Source: an uncultured Holophagales bacterium (lineage in GTDB: Bacteria; Acidobacteriota; Thermoanaerobaculia; Multivoradales; UBA5704). Taken from it: a stretch of 64,000 nucleotides of DNA. Position 1 is the stretch's first letter; the number at the start of each line of letters is the position of its first letter. The notes beneath the pieces were generated by a model, which was not told where the DNA came from, searched no databases, and was given only the letters and a program-made list of their open reading frames with translations. Below, in pieces: positions 52,380-60,397 of this stretch. The DNA lies in the NCBI GenBank assembly GCA_963842525.1, contig CAWJGT010000003.1, positions 1,248,001 through 1,312,000 of the forward strand. Direction: 5' to 3'. The translations under genes and the position numbers were made by a program.

Positions 52380-53231
52380 GCGTAAAGGTCGAAGCGCCGT
52401 CCGGCTCCGGTGGAGAGGGTGTTGCGCTCCGCGGAAGATGTCCGGGGCCAGGGGCGCGGCGAGTTGCCGCACCTCGGGGCGCAGGCGGACCCAGCGCAGC
52501 CTCCGTTTCGCCTCCGGACGGAGCCGGGCCAGGGTGAATGCCACCTTGCGGCGGGTCGCCTCCGGCCCGAAGGAGTCCCAGTACCCCGGGCTGTTGAGCG
52601 AGAAGAACGACAGCGCGTCCGCATCGTTGAGCAGGGCCAGGTCCGCTGCGTCAGGATCGCCGGGGGCCGGCATCCGCTCGTGGGCCGCGATCAGGCGTTC
52701 GACCCGCCGACGCGCCTCCGGCTCCAGCCCGGCCTCGGCGAGCAGCTCCTCGGCCATCCGCGCCCCGGCCTCGATATCGTGGAACAGACCGGCGATCTGG
52801 ACCTCCAGGCCCGCATCGGGCTGCAGCCGGAGCATCCACTGCCAGACGTCCAGGGCGTGCGCGTAGCCGGCGCGGACGAGCGGTCTGCTCAGGTCGTGCA
52901 GGGCCCGGTGGCGCGCGAGCACGGCGTCGATCTCCGGGAAGCCCGAGGCCGCGTTCCGCCGCCCGGCGAGGCGCTGGCAGCGGGTCACGACCTCGAGGGC
53001 CATCCGCGGCAGCTCCTCGGGGTCCGCGCCCAGCCAGAGGAGGAACGGGCCGCCCGCCGCCTGCTCGGCGAGAGTATCCATCCGGGCATCGAAGGCGTAG
53101 AAGTCGAACCGCGGTTGTTCCCATTCCGCCTGCCAGAGCACAGCCCGCGGCGAGCCATTGCCGGTGCCCTCCGCTCCCAACACGACCGTGGGGAACTCCG
53201 CGGCGACTGGCTCCAACCCGCGGAACGGCAT
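52376..53231 (-). CDS. HD-like (DUF4202-type) protein
   Basis: HALDVWQW..LFHDIE..LNDADALSFF; 3' end uncertain. Confidence 0.6.
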
Positions 53232-53357
53232 CGCCGGGAGCACTCCCGGCACTTCACTCCGAAAGATGACCTCTAGATGAGAAATTGTAGACCTCCCCTG
53301 GCAAAGACCTGCTCTTGAGTTGCTGAAGTGCAAGCCGCGGGCCACCTCAGGTCCTCG

Positions 53358-53436
53358 CCCAGGGTTCACACCCTGGGCTACCCAGTTCCGCCCTCCGGGC
53401 TCTCGAAGATTCGGAGCCCAGGGTGTGAACCCTGGG
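53358..53436. repeat. REP doublet
   Basis: CCCAGGGTTCACACCCTGGGCTAC..AGCCCAGGGTGTGAACCCTGGG. Confidence 0.7.
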
Positions 53437-53477
53437 CGAGAGGCTGCCCTTTTTTACAGAGATATAATTCTGCGCCA

Positions 53478-54113
53478 ATGCCCTCCGTCCCTTCGAGTCC
53501 TCTTCGGGCACACACCCCCGGCGTCCTGCTGTTCCTGTTCATCCCGTTGGTGCTCTTCCTGTTCGTCCGCCACCCCGAGCCGGTGGGGCTCAGCCTGGCG
53601 GCCGGCGTCGTCCTGATCATCGGCCACCGGCGGCTGGCGCGGCCGTACATGCGGCGGGTGCTTCCGTGGAAGTGCGTCTGGTGCAACCGGATATTGCCTT
53701 CGGAGACGGGCGGGACGATCGATCTGCGGGCGGGCTCCGAGACGCTGACGGCGCGCTGCTGCTCCGGCCATTGCGAGCCCGCGGCCCGGTTCTTCACCTT
53801 CCTTCAGGCCTGGCGCTGGCCGCTGCGTCTCGGGATCTTCGTACCGCTCCTGCTGCTGCTCGCCGCGCTGGCGGCGACCGCCTTCGGCCTTCAGGTCCCG
53901 CTGGCGGATGCCACGGCGCTTTTCAAGGTGGTCGTCGGGATCACCGTGAACATGGCCGCGCTGGGCTACCTCTTCATGGCACCGGCCTCCACCCTGGCCG
54001 TCCCCTTCCCGGTCCACAACTTCTTCCTGCTCGGCGTGCGGAATCTCCTGTGGATCTTCCGCCTGGTGGGGATCTGGTGGATCTGGCAGGGGCTCTCCTG
54101 GCTCCTGCGGTAG
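53478..54113 (+). CDS. Membrane protein with CxxC..CCxxHC cluster
   Basis: Multiple TM segments; WKCVWCNR and RCCSGHC. Confidence 0.65.
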   Translation: MPSVPSSPLRAHTPGVLLFLFIPLVLFLFVRHPEPVGLSLAAGVVLIIGHRRLARPYMRRVLPWKCVWCNRILPSETGGTIDLRAGSETLTARCCSGHCEPAARFFTFLQAWRWPLRLGIFVPLLLLLAALAATAFGLQVPLADATALFKVVVGITVNMAALGYLFMAPASTLAVPFPVHNFFLLGVRNLLWIFRLVGIWWIWQGLSWLLR

Positions 54114-54117
54114 GGCA

Positions 54118-55473
54118 TCACCGCGCCGGCGTCGCCCAGGGGAGGTGGCCGTTCCGGTACTCCAGGAGGAACTGGGCGTTCCGGGGGTACCAGGGGCTCA
54201 CGAAGTCCCGCGTCAGGACCAGGTCGCTCTGTCCGGTGGGGTAGTAGAAGGCGCCGATCGCCTGGATCCCCATGGCGACGACCAGGCCGGCCACGAACAC
54301 GAGCCGCAACAACAGACCCATCCGCGCCAGGACCGGGACCAGCATCCAGACGAAGACCGGCAGCAGGTCGATCAGGAAGCGGGGGCCATAGCCGTAGCCG
54401 CCCCGCCAGTCCGTCTTGCCGTAGAGGAACAGATGGCCGACCACGCCCAGGGTGAGGCAGAGCGTCAGCAGCCGGTCCCGCGGCAGGCCGGCGACGAAGG
54501 GGCGCGCCACCAGGAAGAGGAGGAAGGGGGAAAAGATCAGCAACCCCTTGCCGGGGCTCAACAGGAGCCCCAGGGCGCCCCAGAGCGGCGAATAGGAGAA
54601 GAACTGCCCCATGGGCGCCGTGAGGGGATAGTTCCCCAACGGGTGCGCCAGGTAGTGGAGGTTGTAGGCGAAGGCCAGGACGCCGATCACGGCGATGGGC
54701 GCCGCGAACCAGGCCAGGAGCCGTTTCTCGGGGACGGCCGCCGCCAGGTAGAGCGCAACGCAGGCCGCCAGCACCACGTCGGGAGGGCGGTTGGCGATGA
54801 ACAGCCCGCAGAGCACGCCTGCCACGGCCAGCCGCCGCGGCGTCCACGATCCTATTGATCCGGAGGGGCCTGTGACCGCCAGCAGGATCCCCACGAGCAG
54901 GAGTTGGGCCGGTCCGTGCTGCCAGAGCGCTTGGCTGCTGGTGGCCCACGTGTTGGTCCCGAAGGCATAGGCCAGCGTGAGGAGGGCCGCGTCGCGGGGT
55001 GGAGCGCGGCGGCGCAGGAGCAGATAGAAGAACGCCACCGAGAGGGCCGCCACCGTGGAGGCCGCGAGCTTCTCCATCAGGGCCGCGGTATAGATGAGCA
55101 ACCGCCTGTCCCAGCCGCTCCGCTCCATATAGATCACCGCAGGCGGGTAGAGAGGTGTCACCAGCAGCGGCGTGACAATGGGATAGCGCGACACGAGATG
55201 GCCGCCGATCTCCTCGGCCCAGTAGGGGTTCTTGAAGATCCAGATGACGTGCCACCGGAAGTCGTCCAGGGTCAGGCTGCCGGAATGCAGGAGGGCGAAC
55301 GGCAGGAAGCGGCTCGGGCGGGTGTCCCCCGTGGCAATGACCCGCAGGTTCGCGTTGTAGACGGCGAGCGCGAGCACGAAGAAGAGCGCGGCCTTCCTGC
55401 GGTCCGAACGAGGCGAGACCTCGGCAGGCCCGCCGGCGGAAGGCGGAGCAGCAGTCTCCGACATGGGCGGCAT
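54118..55473 (-). CDS. Polytopic membrane glycosyltransferase-like protein (GT-C)
   Basis: GDTRP, SQALWQHG, SPGKGLLIFSP, W.GG..YGPRFL. Confidence 0.65.
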   Translation of the reverse strand: MPPMSETAAPPSAGGPAEVSPRSDRRKAALFFVLALAVYNANLRVIATGDTRPSRFLPFALLHSGSLTLDDFRWHVIWIFKNPYWAEEIGGHLVSRYPIVTPLLVTPLYPPAVIYMERSGWDRRLLIYTAALMEKLAASTVAALSVAFFYLLLRRRAPPRDAALLTLAYAFGTNTWATSSQALWQHGPAQLLLVGILLAVTGPSGSIGSWTPRRLAVAGVLCGLFIANRPPDVVLAACVALYLAAAVPEKRLLAWFAAPIAVIGVLAFAYNLHYLAHPLGNYPLTAPMGQFFSYSPLWGALGLLLSPGKGLLIFSPFLLFLVARPFVAGLPRDRLLTLCLTLGVVGHLFLYGKTDWRGGYGYGPRFLIDLLPVFVWMLVPVLARMGLLLRLVFVAGLVVAMGIQAIGAFYYPTGQSDLVLTRDFVSPWYPRNAQFLLEYRNGHLPWATPAR

Positions 55474-55567
55474 GGGAAGCGAAGGCTATCACTCCGGAGC
55501 TTCCCGGATACGGCTCGATTCTTGCACATAGTGAAACATGGATTTTCGCTCGAAAGGAGGCTTCGAC

Positions 55568-56125
55568 ATGCATCAAAGAATCGAGTTGAACATCGTGCTC
55601 GGCCTCGTGCTCGTGGCCGTGCTGGGGATGGCGCAGCCCGCGCTGGCCCAGATCGGAGAGACGTGCGGTGGCATCGGTGGGCTCCGGTGTGCGGCGGGCC
55701 AGGCCTGCCAGTATCCGGAGAACCAGTGCAACACCGCTGACCTTGCCGGTGTCTGCGTGGCCGTGCCGGCGGATTGCCCGCGGCAGGGGCCGCCGGTCTG
55801 CGGCTGCGACGGCAAGACCTATGCGAACGAGTGCGAGCTGCTGAAGGCCGGCGTCCGGCCGCTGCGCAAGGGCGCTTGTGGCATGGAAGGGAAGGCCTGC
55901 AAGGCCGATACGGACTGCGAGGGTGCCAACGAATTCTGCGAATTCAAGGCCGGCACTTGCGGCGACCGGGGCGCCGGCAAGTGCACGGTCAAGCCGGAAA
56001 TCTGTACCCAGATCTTCCAGCCCGTGTGCGGTTGTGACAATCGCACCTACGGCAACGACTGCCAGCGGCAGGCGGCCGGCGTCTCGCTCAAGTCCGAGGG
56101 CGAGTGCCCTGGCGCGAAGAAGTAG
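55568..56125 (+). CDS. Secreted Kazal-domain protein
   Basis: Signal peptide; two PVCGCDxxTYxNxC motifs; CGGIGGLRC. Confidence 0.88.
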   Translation: MHQRIELNIVLGLVLVAVLGMAQPALAQIGETCGGIGGLRCAAGQACQYPENQCNTADLAGVCVAVPADCPRQGPPVCGCDGKTYANECELLKAGVRPLRKGACGMEGKACKADTDCEGANEFCEFKAGTCGDRGAGKCTVKPEICTQIFQPVCGCDNRTYGNDCQRQAAGVSLKSEGECPGAKK

Positions 56126-56966
56126 AAGCGGCCGGCTCCGCGAGGTCGCGCAGCAGCGATTCGTACTGGTCCAGCACACGGTCGATGTGGGTGAGCTCGC
56201 GGACCGCGCGCAGGCGTTCGAGCGCCGTGTGCCATTCGGGAGAGCCGAAGGAATCCCGCGCCCGTTCGATCGTGGCCTGGACCGACGCCGGCTCCGGCTC
56301 GCAGTAGTATGGATAGTCGGCACCCAGGAGCTCGACCGCTGTCTCGTCGCGGGTCGTGATCAGGGTCGCGTCGCACGCCGCGGCCGTCGAGACCTTGCAG
56401 TTGGGCTTGTAGAGGATCTCCCGGCCGGGGCGCCGGATCGAGAGATGGCAGTTGAAGCGGGATGCCGCGTCGAAGTATCCGTCCTCGACACACTCCACGC
56501 CATCGAGCCGGCCCCACAGATCGAACGACCGCTGCAGGCCGAGGTATCCGAGGGCCATCCGGTCGGCGGGAGCCTGGTTCGGAGCGTACCGCGGGTCCCA
56601 CTGGTGGTAGATCACCCGGTCCGGCCGGTTCCGCCGGCCGAAGTCGGCGAGCTGGCGCCTGTTCTTGAGGATCAGCGCGTCGAACAGCCAACAGTTCTTG
56701 ATCCGGCGTTTGAAGACGACGGTGTCCTGCACGTCGAGGACGAGCCGGTTGCCGCGCGCGCGGGCGAGCAGCAGGTGGTCGAGGCGGGAGGTCTTGATGA
56801 AGACCAGGATGCTGCGCTTCAGGGCGGGCAGCTCGCGGGCGCCGACTCCGCGGGCGTTCCAGCCACGGGCCGCGAGACCGCTGGCGATCTGGTCGGCCCC
56901 CATCACGGTCGACCCCTTCTCGTAATACTTGACGAAGGCGATCTGGACAGGCGGCGCCGGGCTCAT
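56088..56966 (-). CDS. Glycosyltransferase-like protein
   Basis: VLDVQD, LGYLG, YKPNCKVSTAAAC; translationally coupled to the GT14 gene. Confidence 0.55.
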   Translation of the reverse strand: MSPAPPVQIAFVKYYEKGSTVMGADQIASGLAARGWNARGVGARELPALKRSILVFIKTSRLDHLLLARARGNRLVLDVQDTVVFKRRIKNCWLFDALILKNRRQLADFGRRNRPDRVIYHQWDPRYAPNQAPADRMALGYLGLQRSFDLWGRLDGVECVEDGYFDAASRFNCHLSIRRPGREILYKPNCKVSTAAACDATLITTRDETAVELLGADYPYYCEPEPASVQATIERARDSFGSPEWHTALERLRAVRELTHIDRVLDQYESLLRDLAEPAASTSSRQGTRPRT

Positions 56967-57907
56967 GGCATCTCCTGCGGCTCGATGCCGAGCAGCTCGC
57001 GGTCGATGCGGTCGAGCACCTCGCGGTCGACTCCGAGGTCGATCTTGCGCGCGAAGTGATAGCGGCCGCTCGCCAGCAGAGGCAGGTCGGCCACGGTGAG
57101 GACGCGGGGCGAGCCGCGATGGGCCCGCGAGTAGTCGATGTAGCGAAAGTCGTCGTCGACCAGCTCGAACCGGCCGCTGTTGACGAGCACTGTCTGGACG
57201 AGCGACTCCTCGGGGGCGATCGTGCCGCGGTAGTGCTCCTCGACCTCAGGGTGCTCCGCCAGGAAGTCGCGCAGATAGAGGACGGCCCGGCGCCGCAGCG
57301 AAAAAAAGGCCCAGCCGCCGTAGCAGCGGAAGCCGTCGCCGAAAGGCACCCGAAGCCGGCGGACCCCGACGTAGGGGCCATAGTCGAGATAGAAGTGGAG
57401 CGGCGCGAGGCGGGTGACGAAGCGGACCGCGCGGAGCGCGCCCTCGGCCCCATCGCGGAGGCGCCGGTAGCGGTACCAGTAGCGGGCCTGCGCCTTGCGC
57501 CGCGGCCAAGGGCTCTCCGGCGACAGCACGTCCCAGTAGCGCAGGAATCCGTCGCACTGGGCGGCGTCGAGGAAGGCTTCGATCCGCGGGACCGGCGTCA
57601 CCGGATAGTCCTGGGCGGTGAGGTTGACGAGCCAGTCATAAGCGATGCCCTGGCGCTCCAGCCAGTCGATGGCATGGAGGTATGGTTGGACCTGGCAACA
57701 GAAGTGCGCGCGGATGCGCGGCCCCGAATCGGGCAGCAGGTAGGTGTCCGGCAGCCCGGCGAGCGGCGCCCAGTCGAGGGGGCAGCGGGCGGAGTCGTGC
57801 TGAACCACCACGATAGCGCGTGGGCTCCCGCGCCGCAGGGTCCGGACCAGCCGGTAGACCTGCTCCGGGTCGCGGTGGCTCTGGATGAAGTAGCAGACCG
57901 TGGTCAT
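56963..57907 (-). CDS. Core-2/I-branching beta-1,6-GlcNAc transferase family (GT14)
   Basis: YFIQSH, NLTAQDYP, PEES..QT, RYIDY, FARKID. Confidence 0.82.
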   Translation of the reverse strand: MTTVCYFIQSHRDPEQVYRLVRTLRRGSPRAIVVVQHDSARCPLDWAPLAGLPDTYLLPDSGPRIRAHFCCQVQPYLHAIDWLERQGIAYDWLVNLTAQDYPVTPVPRIEAFLDAAQCDGFLRYWDVLSPESPWPRRKAQARYWYRYRRLRDGAEGALRAVRFVTRLAPLHFYLDYGPYVGVRRLRVPFGDGFRCYGGWAFFSLRRRAVLYLRDFLAEHPEVEEHYRGTIAPEESLVQTVLVNSGRFELVDDDFRYIDYSRAHRGSPRVLTVADLPLLASGRYHFARKIDLGVDREVLDRIDRELLGIEPQEMP

Positions 57908-58007
57908 CGGCGCACACCGCGACCGCAGGCACGACCTCGCTGCCGCATCTCGGAACCCTCGTCGCCGTTCATCCGCCAAGATTCTATGCGATCACGAGAG
58001 CCCTACA

Positions 58008-59585
58008 TCACTTCATCCCAAGCTCGCGCATGCGACGGCGCAGCGCGCTGGCCGAAACTTCGAGCGCCGCCGCCATCGTCTCGATGTGACCGCCGTGCTC
58101 GGCAGCGGCGGCGGCGATCTCTTCGCGCCCCAGACCGGCGGCGGTGCGCAGATGGCGGCTCCTGGCGATCAGGTCGTAGATCGACGACCGCGGAATTCCC
58201 AGGCGCCGCGCCGCGGCCTGCGGGCGGAAACGCGCGGCGCGCATCGCCGCCACGAGCTCGACTTCGCTGATGTCGGCGGGTTTGCGTTCGCCCGCGGCCG
58301 GCTGCTGCAGCATATCGACAGCCGCCGCTGCGACCACCCGCGCGGGCGGCAATAACGCTTCGAGTCTCGGGTCGAGCATCGCGCGGTTTTCGCCCCGGTT
58401 GACGATCACCAACTGGCGCACCGCGCTGCGCAGCTCGCGGATGTTGCCCGGCCACGGCGCGAGGGCGAACCGCGCGACGATGGAGGCCGGCAGCCACTCC
58501 GTCCCGGCAGCGAGCCGGTGCGGCTCGCCGATGCGCTCCAGCTCCTCGCGCAGGAAGAGGACGAAGAGCCGTCCGACATCGTCACGGCGCGCGGCGAGCG
58601 GTGGCACGACGATCTCGAAGCCGCGCAGGCGGTGGAACAGGGGCGCGCGGAAACGGTGGTCGGCGACCGCGGCCTCGAGGTCGGCGTCGGTGGCGGCGAC
58701 GAGCCGCACGTCGACCCGCCGCGCCGCGCCCGTCCCGACCGGCTGGATCTCGCCGCTCTCCAGCGCGCGCAGGAGCAGCGGCTGGACGGCGTCGGGCGTC
58801 TCGCCGATCTCGTCGAGGAAGAGGGTGCCGCCGTGGGCCTCGGTGAACCATCCCGGCCGGCGACGGTCGGCCCCGGTGAAGGCGCCGCGCTCGGCGCCGA
58901 AGAGCTCGGCGGCGGCCAGCTCCGCGGGCACCGCCGCCATGTTCACCGCGACGAACGGACCGCCGCGGCGCGGGCTCGCCGCGTGCAGCGCCCGCGCCAC
59001 CAGCTCCTTGCCAGTGCCGGTCGCGCCGCGCACCAGGACTGCCACGTCGAGGTCGGCGGCGCGGGCCACGGCGCGGCGCACCGCCACCATGCCGGTGCTG
59101 TCGCCGATCATCCCCCAGCGGGGCAACCCAGGGTCGAGCTGCGGGTCGAGCCGGTGGAGCAGCAGGACGACGATGCCGCCGAACAGGAGGACGGCGCCGC
59201 CGGCGAGCCGCTCGGGCGGCACGACGCACCCGCCGCCGACCGGCTCGCCATCGATCGCGAGCGCCGTCGGGCTGTCACCGCGTGTGATCGCGATCCCGTC
59301 CGCCGCCATGCGGAGATGGATCGGCCGCCGGCTGAGCCGGGCGTCGTCGAGCGGCCGTGCCGTGCCGCCGGGCGCGGCGAACCGTGGCTCGAGCCGCGAG
59401 AGCGCTGCGTCTCGCCCCGCGTCGAGAGCGGCCAGCACGGCGCGCTCTCCGACCCGGTCAGTGTCCGGGTGCCAGAGCACGGTGAGCCCCCAGACGAAGA
59501 ACGCGGCACCCGAGCGGTCTCCGGCCTCCTCCGTGGTCGAATCGGCCTCGATAGTCGTCGCCTGTGCGGCCGGACGTGGGTCCAT
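58008..59585 (-). CDS. Sigma54 enhancer-binding protein with degenerate FHA-like N-terminus
   Basis: GATGTGKE, ELFG..GAFTGA, LFLDEIG, WPGNIREL, C-terminal HTH; N-terminal LSR..LDDARLSR and Thr-rich tail. Confidence 0.9.
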   Translation of the reverse strand: MDPRPAAQATTIEADSTTEEAGDRSGAAFFVWGLTVLWHPDTDRVGERAVLAALDAGRDAALSRLEPRFAAPGGTARPLDDARLSRRPIHLRMAADGIAITRGDSPTALAIDGEPVGGGCVVPPERLAGGAVLLFGGIVVLLLHRLDPQLDPGLPRWGMIGDSTGMVAVRRAVARAADLDVAVLVRGATGTGKELVARALHAASPRRGGPFVAVNMAAVPAELAAAELFGAERGAFTGADRRRPGWFTEAHGGTLFLDEIGETPDAVQPLLLRALESGEIQPVGTGAARRVDVRLVAATDADLEAAVADHRFRAPLFHRLRGFEIVVPPLAARRDDVGRLFVLFLREELERIGEPHRLAAGTEWLPASIVARFALAPWPGNIRELRSAVRQLVIVNRGENRAMLDPRLEALLPPARVVAAAAVDMLQQPAAGERKPADISEVELVAAMRAARFRPQAAARRLGIPRSSIYDLIARSRHLRTAAGLGREEIAAAAAEHGGHIETMAAALEVSASALRRRMRELGMK

Positions 59586-59619
59586 GGGGGAATCACTCTA
59601 CAAGCCTCTCATGGCGCTG

Positions 59620-59655
59620 TCGACATCCTTCGACGAGGCTCGACATCATTCGACG
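59620..59655. promoter_or_regulatory. Phased enhancer (UAS) candidate: four TCGAC boxes at 10-bp spacing
   Basis: TCGAC at 59620, 59630, 59640, 59650 (TCGACATCCTTCGACG and TCGACATCATTCGACG). Confidence 0.65.
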
Positions 59656-59720
59656 CCGCTTGATGCCGAACGGTCCTGTGTGCCCGGTGCCGGAGCTGGT
59701 GATCCGGAGGGTTCGGCGGA

Positions 59721-59736
59721 TGGCACGTCCGTTGCT
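59721..59736 (+). promoter_or_regulatory. Sigma54 -24/-12 promoter
   Basis: TGGCAC-GTCCG-TTGCT, exact consensus match, divergent from the enhancer-binding protein gene. Confidence 0.85.
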
Positions 59737-59813
59737 CCCTGGCTCTCCTATCTCAACTCGATTCCTCGCTGCCGGGATGAGCCCGCAACGTGACTTCAAA
59801 CAAGGAGAAGCCT

Positions 59814-60386
59814 ATGGCCACCTATTCGATCGACCTCGGCTTGGATGCGGATGCGCCGGGACAAAACAACGTCTTCCCATTGCAGATTGAGTTGTGCAGC
59901 GGAGAGCTGACACACAGCGGCAGTGGTCTCATCAATGGCTTTACACCGACAGCACTCGCATCGTTTGATGAGATCCTGTCTGGCGACACCATTGTTTTCC
60001 GTGTCTTCAACATCACGGGGATTGGTGGCAGCAGCATCAACAGCTTTACTGGGAATCCGGGAAGCATCACATTTTCTTTCACTGTGAACCCCAATTCGGT
60101 TGGCCAGCCATCGGTCCCGTTTTCGCAGATACCTGGCAATATCTCCAGTGCAGGCCCTCAGCCGTGCCTGAGCTTCGCCTCCGGGCCTAATACCTCCTGG
60201 CCCTGTTTTTACAAGCTGGAGAGCGGCAATAATCAGCTCATAACCCATCTGGTTAACCCGGTAACTTCGCCTACGTCATATCAGATGTCGCTCAGCCTAC
60301 AGATCGGGAGGAGTGACAGCATGACCCCTGTCACCTACTCCGTCGACCCGGAAATGGTGGTCGGCCCGGATCCCTCCGGCATGTGA
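59814..60386 (+). CDS. Low-GC beta-rich orphan protein ending YSVDPEMVVGPDPSGM
   Basis: RBS AAGGAGA; 190 aa; no signal peptide; downstream of the sigma54 promoter. Confidence 0.8.
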   Translation: MATYSIDLGLDADAPGQNNVFPLQIELCSGELTHSGSGLINGFTPTALASFDEILSGDTIVFRVFNITGIGGSSINSFTGNPGSITFSFTVNPNSVGQPSVPFSQIPGNISSAGPQPCLSFASGPNTSWPCFYKLESGNNQLITHLVNPVTSPTSYQMSLSLQIGRSDSMTPVTYSVDPEMVVGPDPSGM

Positions 60387-60397
60387 CGATCCCGCTC

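Noticed and set aside
51981-53369. HD-protein / PIG-L fusion shown in the ORF track
   Set aside because: An ATGA overlap at 52376-52379 suggests two coupled genes joined by an indel error.
56088-56125. 38-bp convergent overlap of the Kazal and glycosyltransferase genes
   Set aside because: Short 3' overlaps are common and may come from an indel near the GT stop.
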